Source of the DNA: Eledone cirrhosa
Taxonomy: Eukaryota
Length of the DNA: 64,000 nucleotides
Assembly (NCBI GenBank): GCA_964016885.1
Contig: OZ024740.1
Coordinates: forward strand, 273,420,001 to 273,484,000
Reading direction: 5' to 3'
How positions within the stretch are numbered: the first letter of the stretch is position 1; the number at the start of each line of letters is the position of its first letter. The notes under the pieces are model-generated. The model did not search any database. It worked only from the letters and a program-made list of their open reading frames with translations, and was not told where the DNA came from. Shown piece by piece: positions 27,340 through 42,639 of this stretch. The position numbers and the translations under genes are program-made.

Positions 27340-27830
27340 ATGGAAATAAAACTAAAGAAAAGTAAGCAGGACTTGAAAGTTGCCTGCTGGAATGTCATGA
27401 CTATGCTTGACAAGGCTGACAGCAGCCGCCCGGAACGTCGTTCGGCTCTCATAGTCCATCAACTCTCCCGCCTCAACATCGACATAGCAGCTCTCAGCGA
27501 GGTTCGTTTCGCTGACGAGGGCAGCCTCAAAGAACGCGGCGCTGGCTACACCCTTTTCTGGTCATGTAAACCATCATCTGGAAGACGCCTGTCGGGTGTA
27601 GGAAGGACTCATGGTGAGGAATTCCTTCGCCTCCAATCTGGAAACGTTACCCACGGGCCACTTAGACCGCATCATATCCATGCGCCTACCACTGGAGAGC
27701 AAACAACATTTCACGTTCTTCAGTGTCTATGCTCCAACGCTACTGGAAGATCCTGCGGACAAAGACAGTTTCTATTCTGATCTGCGCAGACGACAAGGTC
27801 CTGATCCATGGCGACTTCAACGCAATAGTT
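27340..27830 (+). pseudogene. RTE apurinic-like endonuclease domain (frameshifted)
   Basis: VACWNV.TM.D..RPERRSALI..L.RLNIDIAALSEVRF, GYTLFWS, FSVYAPTL, GDFNA. Confidence 0.9.
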
Positions 27831-27912
27831 GGGAGGGACTAGTATTATATTCGTATTAGTATTCCAATACTCTCCATACTAGGATTCGAACATATGATAT
27901 CAAAGGATGTTT

Positions 27913-27992
27913 AAAATAAAATAAAATAAAATAAAATAAAATAAAATAAAATAAAATAAAATAAAATAAAATAAAATAAAATGAAATAGAAA
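27913..27992. repeat. (AAAAT)n microsatellite
   Basis: Directly visible. Confidence 0.95.
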
Positions 27993-28191
27993 ATTTCATT
28001 TTCAAATAAGAACAAACAAGAGATGATATTTTTATTATTATTTGTTTGATTTCATTTGATGCATTTTGCGTTTCTTTGAAATTTCAAAGAATTTCAAAGA
28101 GTTTCTGTATTCTTTTGCTAAAGATTGATAGTTTGTATGTCTATATGCACAGATACACACGCAAACACATGCACACACACATACACAACCA

Positions 28192-28292
<101 letters not shown>

Positions 28293-28509
28293 ATATTATA
28301 TATATATTAATATATATATAATTATATATATATGTGTGCGTGTGTGTGTCGTGAGGGTGTATGTATGCATATTTGTGTGTGTGCTTGCGTGTATCTATGT
28401 AAATTATATATAGATGTATAATTTTTTTTTCAACATTTCCTTTCAGAAATCTTTGTTAGATTGTTACACAGACAGAGACCGACACACAGACACACACACC
28501 GAAACAGAT

Positions 28510-28540
<31 letters not shown>

Positions 28541-28890
28541 CACACATACACACACACACACACGCGCTCGCGCGCACATACACTCACACGGAACAGTCTT
28601 ACACGTATCGCTGTTAAAAGCTACGCCCGCCCCTTCGTTACACACATGTATATGCATACAGAAATCTTTTCTTTTCATACATAGAATATGTAAACTATTT
28701 ACTAAAGTAACACTTGTGAATTTAATTCTTTTTCTCATCGACTGACTCTCTCAGCGATACAAGGAGACTTCACCTCTTCGTCCCCTATATATTTTCTTCT
28801 TTTCTTTTCTGTTCTTCTTCATCTTCCTCCTATATGTTTTATTTCTTCTATATGTTTTCTTTCTTTCTATCTTTCTTTCTTTCTTTCTTC

Positions 28891-28950
<60 letters not shown>

Positions 28951-29416
28951 GTTTTCATGCTTTTCACATATGCTGATTTTATTCTCATAAATTTCTTCAT
29001 GGTTCTCATATGCAAAAGAGAGAGAAATTTTTACTGTAGTTTTCTCTCATAACGAAACTCTTCGCTGAGTGTCAATTAATTAAAAAAGCTGTCATGATAC
29101 ATATTTTTCTATAATTCTTCAATATATATAATTGTATATTTTGACTTGTTTGTTTCTTTTATATTTCATTTCACTATACGATATATAATGTAGTTCAGTC
29201 ATCTGTTCCTTTGTTGTTTTTTATCTTTATTATTTTTTTTTCTTTGGAGTTATTGATGATGTTGTTGTTGTTGTTGTTGTGGTGGTGGGTTTGGTAGAGG
29301 AGGTATTGGAATCATTTGTAAAAGTGTGTTTGTTAAAATGAAATAATGAGTTTCAATTTATATCATACACACATCACATACATACACACACATATATGCA
29401 TAAACACATGCACATA

Positions 29417-29504
<88 letters not shown>

Positions 29505-29549
29505 CATATATATATATAAATACATATATATTTATACATATATATATAC

Positions 29550-29712
<163 letters not shown>

Positions 29713-29794
29713 GAGCGATAGACAGATGTATATGAATACATAAATACTTGCATACATACATATATGCAATTATATATGTGGCTACTTACACATG

Positions 29795-29866
<72 letters not shown>

Positions 29867-29868
29867 CA

Positions 29869-29917
<49 letters not shown>

Positions 29918-30331
29918 TCATATATATGTATGTATGTATTTGTGTAGGTGAATGTATATGCATGTATATATAGATATATTGATGAAATCTCATATTCCTG
30001 TTCAAACAAATTGGGTGAAAAATAACATTACCGACAAACTATTTACTTATGCATATAGATGTTGTATATATAATATAATCTTTTTTTTTTTCATTTTATT
30101 TTTAAGTTGTGGATTGTAAAATACATTTGATTCAATGTAAACAGAAACCCTAATTTGAAATATGTATATATTTATACACATACACGCACGCACACACACA
30201 CACACATATATATCTATATATCTATATATATATGCATGTATGTATATATGTATATAAAAGTAAACACGGATATACACACACACACATATATATATTTATA
30301 TGCATATATGTATATTATATAATATATATAC

Positions 30332-30402
<71 letters not shown>

Positions 30403-30829
30403 CTAAATAAACATCCACAATGAAGAAATGTGTGCCATCTTCATACGTATCATATATATATTTCTCATATTAAAAATGAAATAATTGAGACCGTGTCATA
30501 CATGTTAAAATTGTTAAAATATTGGAATGTGAGGTAGCAAAGAAATCAAGGTTATTCACATTAAAAGTATATTATTTGTAGTTAAGAGGTAAGCAGTGCA
30601 TCGCTTGTTAATAGGTACCACTTGAGAATTAAACTATATGTGATATCTAAACAGACTGTGTCATAAAACCACATTACATGTGGATGTAGGGTATATAAAC
30701 CTGCTAGTGTCCATCTTTGCAAATAACTGAGGACCTGTACCTTCCACCTAAAAAGTACATCAATTTCATAATTTACTGACTGCATGAATTATTTCTAGTA
30801 TGTATGAAATATTTCTAATTTCTTCACCT

Positions 30830-30935
30830 CATTGGAGACGCAGGACATGGCAGCGATAATGAGGGACAGAGACCGCTGGAAAGAACTCGTCCATGGATCT
30901 CGGGAACTTTACCCGCCTTAGAATAGAATAGAATA
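30830..30935 (+). mobile_element. LINE (RTE-like) 3' tip with (AGAAT)n tail
   Basis: MRDRDRWKELV..stop then tagaatagaatagaa. Confidence 0.55.
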
Positions 30936-31589
30936 TATATATATATATATACATGCATATGTATTTATGATTTAGCCTATGTGTGTTTGAATACGTGTGT
31001 ATATTTACGTATATATACGTATTTGTTTATGAATCTATACATAAATTCATGCATGTTTACATGCTTCCAACTATGCCTGTATGTATTTATGTATACATCA
31101 ACCTGATCAGAAGTATTAAATGTATTCATTTATATCTTTCCATTTCTCAATACTAACCATTCATATACTCCTCTTTCATAATCACGTACATCGCAGGTAG
31201 CTTATAGCTATTTCATAAACTAAATATTGCTTCTTCTCAGCAGTGAGAAGGGGGGAACACTACTGTTTCCAGATATGTATAAATATTGTATAATAAACTA
31301 CCAAATACCTTCCAAAACAATATCTGTCTAAAAACAATAGTTCTCCTTGGGTATATGTGTTTTTGAAGTCTGCTAATATGTGTTTCCGTGCGTGTGTATA
31401 TATATATATGTGTGGATGCATGCCAGTTTTTGTGTGCGTTAGGCTGTGATTAAGAATTATAAGCTATTCATACATCTAAAGCTAAAGGGATTAAACAAGG
31501 TATAAAATATGTAATCCATTCATGCTACTTGTATGTATTTATTTACATATTTGTATATATTTGTATATATATATATATTTATATATATA

Positions 31590-31622
<33 letters not shown>

Positions 31623-31626
<4 letters not shown>

Positions 31627-33462
31627 TTGCGAGGTTTTTTATATGAAAACGTGTGTCGAAACAAATATTGTTATACTTGGGGAGGGTCGTATTTGTGTAA
31701 TACTATTGCCAGAATTAATAACAGAACATACTCACTGATTGGTTGGTTTTCGCTTCTGTATCTTTTATATCAGTTAATTTAATTTATTCGGTCCTCAATG
31801 TTACCATTGACTGACCAACGGTCAAAAATACAGATATAATATAGACACAAACACATATATATAGTCTAACAAAGTTCTTTCGTTGCACATCTGCAACATC
31901 GTCAGTGGTACTATTATGTTCCATCCTCTTGTATTGTATGTCTACGCCATCTTTATTTAATCAGTTTATTTATTTATTTATTTTTGTCTTCTTCTCTGTG
32001 CATGCGTTTGCGTGTGTGTATAGTGTTTGATGTGTGTTCCTCTTTGGGTGACTGTGTTTTGGTTATTGTATTCTATCTTTGTTTACTAGTGTGTGTTTAT
32101 ATGTGTTTGTTGTTATTGTGCTTGTGTATGTATTTATTTATTTATCTATTTATTTATACTTCTCTTAGGTCAGTATTGTTTGTTTAGGTGTTGTTGTTAT
32201 TCCATTCATTTTTTCTGTTTAGCCTTGGCCTTCTAAGTTCTATTTCACTGGCCTCTCTGATTTGCCTATCTGCTGGGTCATTTCTATGTTTAGATATTAT
32301 TCTAATTTCTATGTTGTCTATGTTACCGTCGTGTTGTTGTCTGGCATGTTCGTATAGTACTGAATCTTTTTTTCGTCCTTTTAGTTCCCCCCAGTGTTGG
32401 TCTATCCTTTCACCTATGCTACGAGCTGTCTCGCCTATATATGTTGTTGTCATGTTTCTGCAAGTACCCTCTGTACATCTTATGCTATAGACTACGTTTC
32501 TAGTTTTACAGTTTATCGGGGGGTTTACTCTACATATAATACATTTACTATTAGTACAGTGGGTTTTCTTAAAAGGGTAGGTTTTGCTGATCAGGGATTT
32601 TATGGTGGTTTCTGGCTTTTCTACCACCTTAATCTTTAAGTGGGTCTTTCTCAGGGCCTTTCTACACTGGTTAGCTAATTTCCCTCCAGCGGTAGCGTCC
32701 ACGAACATGACACTCTGGTATCTCTAGTTGTCGTACCATGAGGTGGCTTTGCCTATCTTAGGTCTAGTCCTATCTAAGCTATTCCATGATTTGCTCCTGT
32801 ATAATGGGCAAATTCCTTTCATGTGCAGTTCTGTGAGGGTCTTATACTTCTCCGTGGCTCCTTCGTATACTCTGATTCTGTCTCTTTGGTTGTAGCCAGA
32901 GAACTGCATGCGGTTGATGAAGTGTTGGATGTGTCTTTCCATTTCTGTTGGGTCGCACATGCGGGACACGTTCTTCATCACTCGTACCAAGTCTGCGACC
33001 AGAATATTAAACTTAGCACTACTGGACATTGCTGAATCTTTGAGTATCAGGTATTTTTGGAGGCCATGGGTTATGCGTAGTGTGAGTGGATAATTTGGGC
33101 TCTCTCGTCTATAGTGTTAATCCAGAGTTCCGTGTCTAATACAGGTAGTCTATTGTTAGGGTGTTTGGAAGGGTAGTCGATAGTTACAGTTATACTCTGG
33201 TGTATGGAATTAGCTATCTGCTGGATGCTTTCCATTGTGCTACGTTCTAAATCAAACTTGTTACTACTCTCTTGTGGGGATGTCCTTATTACTATATTGA
33301 TATTGTCTACGTAACTAGAGTACATGATGAGGTCTATGGAGCTCTCATCAAGGAGATCTTTGAGTCTCCTTTCCCACTATACCATAAAATGGTTGGCAAC
33401 GTCACCAGCTACGCTGACGCCAATGGCTGCTCCTTAATTTTGGGTGTAGATCTTCTCTATAC
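31623..33462 (-). mobile_element. 5'-truncated Penelope-like element (family D, Nematis-like), disrupted ORF
   Basis: GAAIGVSVAGDVAN, YVDN, LPVLD, MFVDAT, KVVEKP, VVY..YIGETARS; close paralogue of 45542-47505; HHR core at 31878-31905. Confidence 0.9.
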
Positions 33463-33464
33463 GA

Positions 33465-34285
33465 AGGAACGAAGGCTGTTCGACAGCCCCAAGAGGCAGT
33501 GGTTTAGCGTGTTAATAAAGCCCCAGTTCGATTGTTGACGGACCTAAATGGTTGTGGCCTGCTCAATTGCAAGAAATATGTGCGGGTTTTCAACGACACA
33601 TTGCAGAAGGGCAAAGCAAGGTTCGAAAATGGTGGTTCCTAACACTACGGCCTGCCGTGACTCTCGACGGAAGATGTAGTGTGCTGTTAAAAGCTGATAA
33701 CAGGAGCCGAGATACTGGAAGATCTACGGGGTTGAATGAGGCGCAAATCGTTTGGCTTGGATGGTTTAAATTGCGAGTTTAACGTAGACATACCAGACGT
33801 GTTCTCCGATGTCCTGCGCGCTGTTTACTACAACTGGTAGTACACCGGGAGAATTTCCTGTTCTGTAAATAGGGGTTGAGCAACGCTGATGATGAAAGAC
33901 TACAGTAAGTATGGGGGAAGTCTTAATAATTTCCACCCCAAAATAGTTTGACCATTTGACCAAGGCGCTAGCTTAAAAGTGCGTGAATGTGGCGAGAATG
34001 GCCCGTGTCAGTGGGCCTACTCTGATCATGCGTGTGTAGGAGAGGGGTGCTCTTCCCATGTTCCCTCGAAGCATCGAATAGTTCAGGATTGGTGGGCTAA
34101 ATGAATCATCCATGGCTGGTAATCCCCCCCCCCCCCCTATTGGGGAATTTTCATTGTTGTATTTTTCTTGTTTATTGTTATTGTTTTCCTATTTTTTACT
34201 CAAAATTTGTGTGAAATCCCCACTGTCCCCGTGTATTATATTGTCCCCTATATATCGGCCCTTGTGGTCAATAAATGAAATCATT
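33465..34285 (+). pseudogene. Degenerate L1/Tx1-clade LINE fragment with 3' end
   Basis: 33694-33940 reads ITGAEI..KSFGLDGL..EF..PDVFSDVL..VY.NW..GRI..KD..NNFHP; aataaa near 34270. Confidence 0.65.
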
Positions 34286-34286
34286 A

Positions 34287-34481
34287 GAGGGTCAGACAGC
34301 ATGCTTTGCAGCATTGAGTTACGGTCCTTTATGATCTGAATTCAAATCCCGCCGAGGTTAACTTTGCCTTTTATCCTTACGGGCTCGATAAATTAAAGTA
34401 CCAGTCACGCACTAGGGTCGATTTAATCGACTTTCCCCTCCCCCAAAATTGGTGGCCTTGTGCCTACATAAGAAACCATTA
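34287..34481 (+). mobile_element. Nin/Deu-domain SINE
   Basis: Family consensus. Confidence 0.9.
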
Positions 34482-34746
34482 TTATAAGCGCAGTGTCAGA
34501 CAAATCATCTGCGTTCAATAGAAAGATATTTGAAGTCCCGCTATTATTGCCATGACCGTTCATTGCAGGGACTAGTAAATCTTTTTGTTTTTACGATTAT
34601 CATGAAGCACGTATAATTGATTACTTAATAAAAAAAATGTACCGAAAACAAACTTAAATACCTAAAATGAATACACACACACACACAAACGCACACACAC
34701 ACATACACACACACACACACACATATATATATATCTATACATATCG

Positions 34747-34803
<57 letters not shown>

Positions 34804-35633
34804 CACAAATAATAATTTATTTCTCAAATTCTTTTATATTTTATAACTTCTTTATTGTTTTATCTTTCTTTCCCACTCTCCCATTAATGTCCCTTATTTT
34901 TCTCCCTCTCTCTCTCTCTTTCTCTCTCTGCCTCTTTCAGTCACAGCATATCTATTATTTCATGCCTTTATCTCAAGTTTATCAGTGTTTTAACAACTAA
35001 AACATTTTTACATACGATTCCTTGAGTGTATGAGGTCAGCCAGTAAATTTTCATAAAACACTAGAGTTTTAATATTGAAATCTCGTGATTTCCGTGTATA
35101 CAACGAAGTAATTCTTTTTTTACAGTGTGTGTATTAGGAGAGTGTTGAGATATAATAATCACTGAAATGACGACAACCACACCACAAGAAACACCATCAA
35201 CAATATATGCTGTGTAAAAAACTAAAACAAAAAAAAACTTAGATTATCTTTTTAATGTTCCAGTAACTGATATAAGTAGGGAATATTGTAGGAAAAGGAA
35301 TAAATAAAATTATGTAAAATGAATGTCGATTTCGTTTGTTTTGGAAATTTGGTATTTCCTTATTCTCTTTTGTTTTCTTTAAAAATTGCTATAGCAAGGG
35401 TCATCTTGGTACACAAAAATTTAAAACAACAGCAACAAATAAAACATTATTCATATTATTGATGGCATTTTCATAAGATTAAGCACGTTGTCCTTGATTA
35501 ATACAAAGTTTTGAAGCACTTCAGTATCCGTATGTAAGATATGTCTCTCGCATGTAATATAATAAAATAAACATTAACTGGAATTATTTTTGAAATAAAA
35601 ACAAAACAGTATATCCTCCTGTGCATGTTTAAA

Positions 35634-35824
35634 ATTGTTTCTACTTTTGGCACAAGGCCAGCAATTATCGCAGTGTATTACTGGTACTTTATTTTATCGA
35701 CCCCGTAAGGATATAAAGGCAAAGTTAACTTCGGCGGGATTTGAACTCAGACTATAAAGGGCCGTAACTCTATGATGCAAAGCATGGCGTCCGACCCTCT
35801 ACCGATACTGCCAATCCACCGCCC
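35634..35824 (-). mobile_element. Nin/Deu-domain SINE
   Basis: Family consensus. Confidence 0.9.
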
Positions 35825-35883
35825 CTGTGCATATTTAATATTAAAAATTAAGCAGAAAAGATACACAAACTCAACTTTATTTT

Positions 35884-36147
35884 GGCTTGCCAAGTCATGC
35901 TGACAGGATGACTTGGCAAGCTATTTAGAAAACTGGTTTAACCGCTTTACTTCCCTCCGAACAAGAGATATTATCTCGAAAATTAAGGACATTTAAATAA
36001 ATCTAAGGTAAAAGACTAATTGTCAACAATATCTTTTGCATTTGCATTCTTTATTCTATGTCCATACCTGCATTGTTTTGGCTTTATTATACATATACAA
36101 ACGTTTATACCTCATTACACAATGCTTCAAGTGAACTATAACTTCTT

Positions 36148-36149
<2 letters not shown>
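35884..36149 (+). mobile_element. Solo pLTR of PLE family C with short 5' inversion
   Basis: Near-identical to 12618-12858; gcttgccaagtcatgctgacagg is an inverted copy of the pLTR start. Confidence 0.8.
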
Positions 36150-36237
<88 letters not shown>

Positions 36238-36241
<4 letters not shown>

Positions 36242-36830
36242 TAAACGGAATAGAAAATGCTGACAAATTGTTCACAGTTGAAAAATGGATTAATTAAGAA
36301 TAAAAGAGTATTAGTGATTGTATGGGTTAGTATTCAGTTGTGGTTTTAAGTTTTTAAGTTTTTACCCGTTGCGCATTTCTAAATGCTTTTCAAAAATAAT
36401 TTTGAGATAGAGTGTCCGTGCTGTTTGCTCTGATCTGATTAGTTTTGGGAATTCTACCTGTTTTTATGTTAAAAAAGTGGCTCCAGCGTTATTTTTGTGT
36501 TGCAAAAATGCTTGTGGTCAAAACAACACAAACATAACGCTGGAGCCACTTTTTTAACATAAAAACAGGTAGAATTCCCAAAACTAATCAGATCAGAGCA
36601 AACAGCACGGACACTCTATCTCAAAATTATTTTTGAAAAGCATTTAGAAATGCGCAACGGGTAAAAACTTAAAAACTTAAAACCACAACTGAATACTAAC
36701 CCATACAATCACTAATACTCTTGTATTCCTAATTAAACCATTTTTCAACTGTGAACAATGTGTCAGCATTTTCTATTCCGTTTACCAATATATAATAACT
36801 TGTGTGTTACACCTCTATTCTTTTAACTAT
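36238..36830. repeat. 265-bp-arm inverted repeat (family E) plus 3' tail
   Basis: Arms 36238-36502 / 36524-36788, 21-nt spacer, few mismatches. Confidence 0.95.
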
Positions 36831-36998
36831 ATATATATATATATAATAAATGTGAGGACTAAAATCCGGAGAGGGTTCGATAAGGGTAATATATATATAA
36901 ATATATATAAAAAACCGTAGAGCAAATATTTATTAAAACAACAGATTATAGTTTAAGCAAAGAATATATATATATATAATATATGTGTGTGTGTGTGT

Positions 36999-37038
<40 letters not shown>

Positions 37039-37044
37039 GTGTGT

Positions 37045-37085
<41 letters not shown>

Positions 37086-38108
37086 TGTGTATGTGTTTCA
37101 ATATAAAGAGACAAGACACCTAGATATTAATGTTTGTCATAGGGATCTGACGTTCTCCCGCCAAATCGACCAGGATTGATTAAACGAGTGTGGCAAATTT
37201 GCCATTTTCGTAGGTGTAAGGTATTTAGGACCACATTATTCAATGTGTGCTTCTCTAAAGCACTGTGATGTGAATTGAGGGAAATGTCGCAGCTAATTTT
37301 ATTGTTTTCAGTCTGAGTGGAAACTAATGAGTCAAAATCCTGGGGATGTCAACTTTACTTTCATTTATATCAAAGTACGCATCCCGGTCATTCGGCTTTT
37401 CGTTTTCTGAGATCACATGTGGCACCACTGATGGTAAGCTTTATTGACTCTTGCTGTTCCATTAGTAACATTAGCGACGTAAGCAGGGAGCATTGCATCC
37501 ATATGTAACTGCTGGGCTGCCCCAAGACATGCTTTTTTGTGCATTCCAGAGTTCTAGTGTACCATGTCATAATGAGGCACCGGGTACACTAATTTCGACA
37601 TGTATTTAGCCTTACTTTAACAGGAGGGACTATCAAATTTTTTCGATAGCTTAGAAGGGATAACGAGGAGACAAGTTTCGCCGTTTAAAGTCTAATCATA
37701 ACAAATTTACATCAATATTGGATAATTGTATAATTAATGTTGCGGGCTATAAACTAGTGTATCAATACAGTGTGGTGCGAATTATGAAAAATTATCCCTA
37801 AAGTCCCATAAGATAGGAAAAGAAATATGGAGAGGGCTTTACGGTGATGGAACCAAGTAAAATATCGGGCTAAGTGTAAAGTTTTAGACTGACATTGAGG
37901 TATTGAGGAAATGATAGTAATTAAGTTAATTTGTTATATCTGTTTTATGTTCTCTATGTTTAACGATTCGTATTGATTACCAATTAATATATTCCAAGGT
38001 TTAATCGGGCATAAGTCATTAGGTCCTTCATATTCTGAGTTAACATGTCACGTCACCGTGATAGAGAGAGATAGAGAGTGAGTGTGTGTCTGTGTGTGTG
38101 TGTGCGTA

Positions 38109-38156
<48 letters not shown>

Positions 38157-38193
38157 GGAGAGGGAGAGAAAGAAAGTGTGAGAGAGAGGGAGA

Positions 38194-38279
<86 letters not shown>

Positions 38280-38443
38280 AATATAAGTGTGAACCGTAGA
38301 AATCGTTCTATACATATAACGTTGTATGGATCTTCAAGACATTTGTTATTAGGTTAGATTGTTTCTACGTTGGAACTCCTGTATGCTTTTGCAATCAAAT
38401 TATATATTTATATAATTTGTATAAATATATAATTTGATAAATA

Positions 38444-38489
<46 letters not shown>

Positions 38490-38674
38490 CACATGTTTAT
38501 CCAGGTTCATACGGGGGTAACAACAGTAAGTTAGGTACTCAATGTATAACAGAATATAAATATTATATTTAATATAGAAATGGCTGTACAGGAATAGAAA
38601 ATTCGGGAGAAATCCTGAGGAAGCCCTCATGATTTCTCCCGAATTAAACAGATCTAGTCCTGTAGAAGCCATTG

Positions 38675-38737
<63 letters not shown>

Positions 38738-38747
38738 ATATATATAT

Positions 38748-39175
38748 AGTTAAAAGAATAGAGGTGTAACACACAAGTTATTATATATTGGTAAACGGAA
38801 TAGAAAATGCTGACAAATTGTTCACAGTTGAAAAATGGTTTAATTAGGAATAAAAGAGTATTAGTGATTGTATGGGTTAGTATTCAGTTGTGGTTTTAAG
38901 TTTTTAAGTTTTTACCGGTTGCGCATTTCTAAATGCTTTTCAAAAATAATTTTGAGATAGAGTGTCCGTGCTGTTTGCTCTGATCAGAGCAAACAGCACG
39001 GACACTCTATCTCAAAATTATTTTTGAAAAGCATTTAGAAATGCGCAACCGGTAAAAACTTAAAAACTTAAAACCACAACTGAATACTAACCCATACAAT
39101 CACTAATACTCTTTTATTCCTAATTAAACCATTTTTCAACTGTGAACAATTTGTCAGCATTTTCTATTCCGTTTA

Positions 39176-39179
<4 letters not shown>
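38748..39179. repeat. Spacerless 392-bp palindrome (family E) plus tail
   Basis: Arms 38788-38983 / 38984-39179, centre tga|tca. Confidence 0.95.
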
Positions 39180-39265
<86 letters not shown>

Positions 39266-39773
39266 TATACATATACATATATATGTGTGTGTTTGTGTGT
39301 GTGGGTTTGTGTGTAAACGTTAACTGAAAAGGTTTCACACGATGGGTGTATATGAAATTTCGTAAAATTGTAGCATCTTCTGGTTCCATTATTTTATAAA
39401 ATTTAACCAATACAGAGAGAGTCGCTTTAAAACATAGACACAAAACTCTTTCATTCGAGTTCATATAAAATCAACTATGTAAATATGTCTGTAAGCTTGC
39501 TAGCGCGCGCGTGTGTGAAGGTACGTTTCTTTATTGAATATGTGTATTTGTATGTTTGAGTTAAATATGTACACGTGTATATGTTTTGTATCTATACATG
39601 AGTAAATGCAGTTATTACATGCACAATTGTTGGAATGTTTTACATATTTTCAAAGTTCCATTAATGGATTGTACTTGTAACTTACTAACTAGTTTTGTTC
39701 TATATGGTTCTGTGAAACTCAGCTTGTCAGCAGTTTTATTGGGGCAGTTATTAACACAAGGTATGTACGCATG

Positions 39774-39802
<29 letters not shown>

Positions 39803-39805
<3 letters not shown>

Positions 39806-40168
39806 GGGCGGAAGAACTCATAAGAGTCAACGGCCATCCAAAAATGTGTAAATATGTATATATACACATGTACATATGTATGTGTATGTATATGCGCGGG
39901 GACATAGAAATAGTTGGGCTGGACACCCGATCGCGCGGTTAAGCCACTGGGAGTAAAGGGCCCCTAGTCTTTGCTAGCGCATCTTCTAGGAGAAGGCAAC
40001 TCAGGAAACTGGGATAACTCCGACATAAAATCCGCGGCTCAGTAGTAACCAATGATGTTGATCTTTTCTTCTTTTCGGGTTATAGCTACAGTCGCTCAGA
40101 GAGTGGGATTGGCTCAGTGCACAGTCTTTCGTCACTTTAAAAAAAATCTTCGCGCACTGGCATTGCAC
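39803..40168 (+). mobile_element. Diverged relative of the bipartite RTE element (5' half)
   Basis: aagagtcaacggccatccaaaa, ctaggagaaggcaactc, ccaatgatgttga, gagagtggga. Confidence 0.6.
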
Positions 40169-40810
40169 GATAGGATTATTTAATAATTACTAATAATGGT
40201 ATATCGTGCAATCGCTATACTTGATAACGAGGGGGCAGCCATCATGTATGTATGCATGTATATGTGTATATATGTGTGGAATAGGATGGGCATGTATGTG
40301 TGTATGTATTTGTGTATATGAATATATGTATGTGTGTGCTTGTGTGTGGGTGTGCTTATTCTTTTATGCCTGCGTTTATGTTATATTGTGTTCCACTAGG
40401 TATCATAAATTAGTGGTTCTATAAGTAGAGGTGAATGAAATGAGAACCAGTCTATAGTAATTATTGGAATCGAAAGCAATGTCCAGCATGGCATCACTAT
40501 GATTGAAACCAGTGAAATAATTATAATCAAGTAATCGGGAAATCTTAGATTTTCCATTGTCTACATTAATAATTCTACCTGGAATTTAATTGTCATGTCT
40601 ATCTGCCACCACATAACATATCAATTCGAATCATATCATAGACACAATATCAAAACTAATTGAGCTATATGGTTGACTCTGGACAGAGACTGAACATGTC
40701 GTATCTATTCTCAGTACTTAGAAAAATGGGTTGTGCTAAGATACACAAGGACACAGAAACGAATATTCTGATTATTCATATATCATCTGAATCAACCGAA
40801 GCATTTTCAT

Positions 40811-40997
40811 TGTTTATAATTTAGGCACGAGGCCAATCATATTTTTTGACAATAGGAACGTTGATTATGCCGGACCCTGTACATTGCTGGAACTTTATTG
40901 TAAGGTTGAAAGGCGAAGTTAACTTCATAGTTATTAGGAAGCAGGAGGTAAACGGTGGTAACAAATATCGCTATGCATTTCATCCAGTACACTAATG
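40811..40997 (-). mobile_element. Old Nin/Deu-domain SINE
   Basis: aggcacgaggcca..aaggttgaaaggcgaagttaac. Confidence 0.55.
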
Positions 40998-42639
40998 ATT
41001 TTGCTAAACTACTGCCATTTGAAATAGATAGAATAATAGCTGATAAATGTACGCTATCTAACCATCTCTAAAAGGAAAAAAAAATATATATATAATGTCT
41101 ACTTTAATAATCTTGAAATTAAACAATTATAAATAAAGGTAAATAAAAATTCAAATAAAATAAAATAATAATTTAAAACTTAATTTCCTTTTTCAAGAAT
41201 TTTATTAAATCTGAAATACCGAATAGATATATTTTCTAATTTTTTTTTTATCATCATAGAAGATGTTCAATAGTAATTTTGTATTTTGTTTCTAGTATCA
41301 GGAAATGATTCATACCAGAAAAAAAAAAATGTTTAGTTTTTTTTTTTTTCATTGTTTTTTTTTACACCACATTTTTTGTCTTCAAATGTTTTTTAAAGTC
41401 AGAGAAAATTCAATCATGAAATTATTAGACGGCGACGGGGAGTACTGAAGGGTTATGTGTCTACTTTTAAGATAGACTTAAGTATTATCAAGTCTTGTGA
41501 ACAAATACTGAAAAATTAAACCATCTTCTTTATATAATCCCTCACAAATAAATAACGTGACTCGGCAACATAGCATACTCAATATTACAGTCATATTTCA
41601 ACTTATCAGCAACAATGAATCAAAAACAATATATTGATTTCTCTAAAATAGATTTTAGACGAGATGATTTCCAACGTCCTTGATGAACCTACTAGACACA
41701 GGATAAACTACAACCAAGGAAAATGGATATGTCATAAATCGTTTAATACACGAGGTAGTAACTCGTTAATTGGACTACTAATAATGGTGGTGTAAGGTTC
41801 TATCAGTGGAAGTAATGTTACATTGAATGGGTATATCTGGTAGAGGATTTGTCATTTATTTATTGGAAGTTACTTATTGAAAATGTTGTAGTGGTTGCTA
41901 TGCGTTAATCGTTAATCTCGGATTAACTGAGCAGATCTATGATCAATATAATTTCATTCATGATTCCCCTGTCCCTCTGTAGATCTTCGCTATCCAATGC
42001 CTCCCTTTCGTTTACAAAATTTTAAGAAAGGTTTACTGCTATTGCTAGCAGATGTGAATAGAAAGAGGGTAATTGTGAAGAAAACTTGCTGCATGTTGCT
42101 TCTTTGCTTCGTTGTCTAATACTGAATGACATGTTGTAATACAGATAAAACTTGGACCTAAATTATCCTTCGTGGAATTGAATAGTTCATAGGATGGTTT
42201 AATTAATGCAAACAATAAAACATTTGTCTAATTACAGTGCAACAATATGAGTAAAGACATCAGGCTTGAAGCAATAACAATATATGTATGGATTTGAACG
42301 CTTTGTTGCAATCTAATGATTATTGCTTATACGATATCTAAGGGAAAATGTTTAGCAGAAATAGTAAACACTTTGAATTTAGTGGTGTTACTCACCGTGT
42401 CTTTAAATCCAAGATACATAAACTTATCATCATTCGATGTATCCAGCATGGGAAGTTTAGAGTGACTCAACTGAGCCTTGTCATGGTAAAACCGGAAGTC
42501 CCTCCTTCAAACCACCTGAACTATTATCAATTCTACAGTCTTCTTACGGATAACAGCGGTGAAAAGTAAGCATCTCTTATTGTTGTAAATTTAATCTAGT
42601 AGACGAGACTGTGTTCATGCCTTTTGGTTGCCCCCTGTA

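Larger units (their letters stand above)
26368..27840 (+). mobile_element. RTE-clade LINE 5' portion (long 5' leader plus APE), 3'-truncated
   Basis: Starts right after (TA)n; GC-rich leader with ggcaacc..gagagggaaactc; APE ORF. Confidence 0.9.

Noticed and set aside
37300-37600. Possible exon or RTE remnant (VTYGC, AYHQWC on the minus strand)
   Set aside because: The motifs are too short and in different frames to call.
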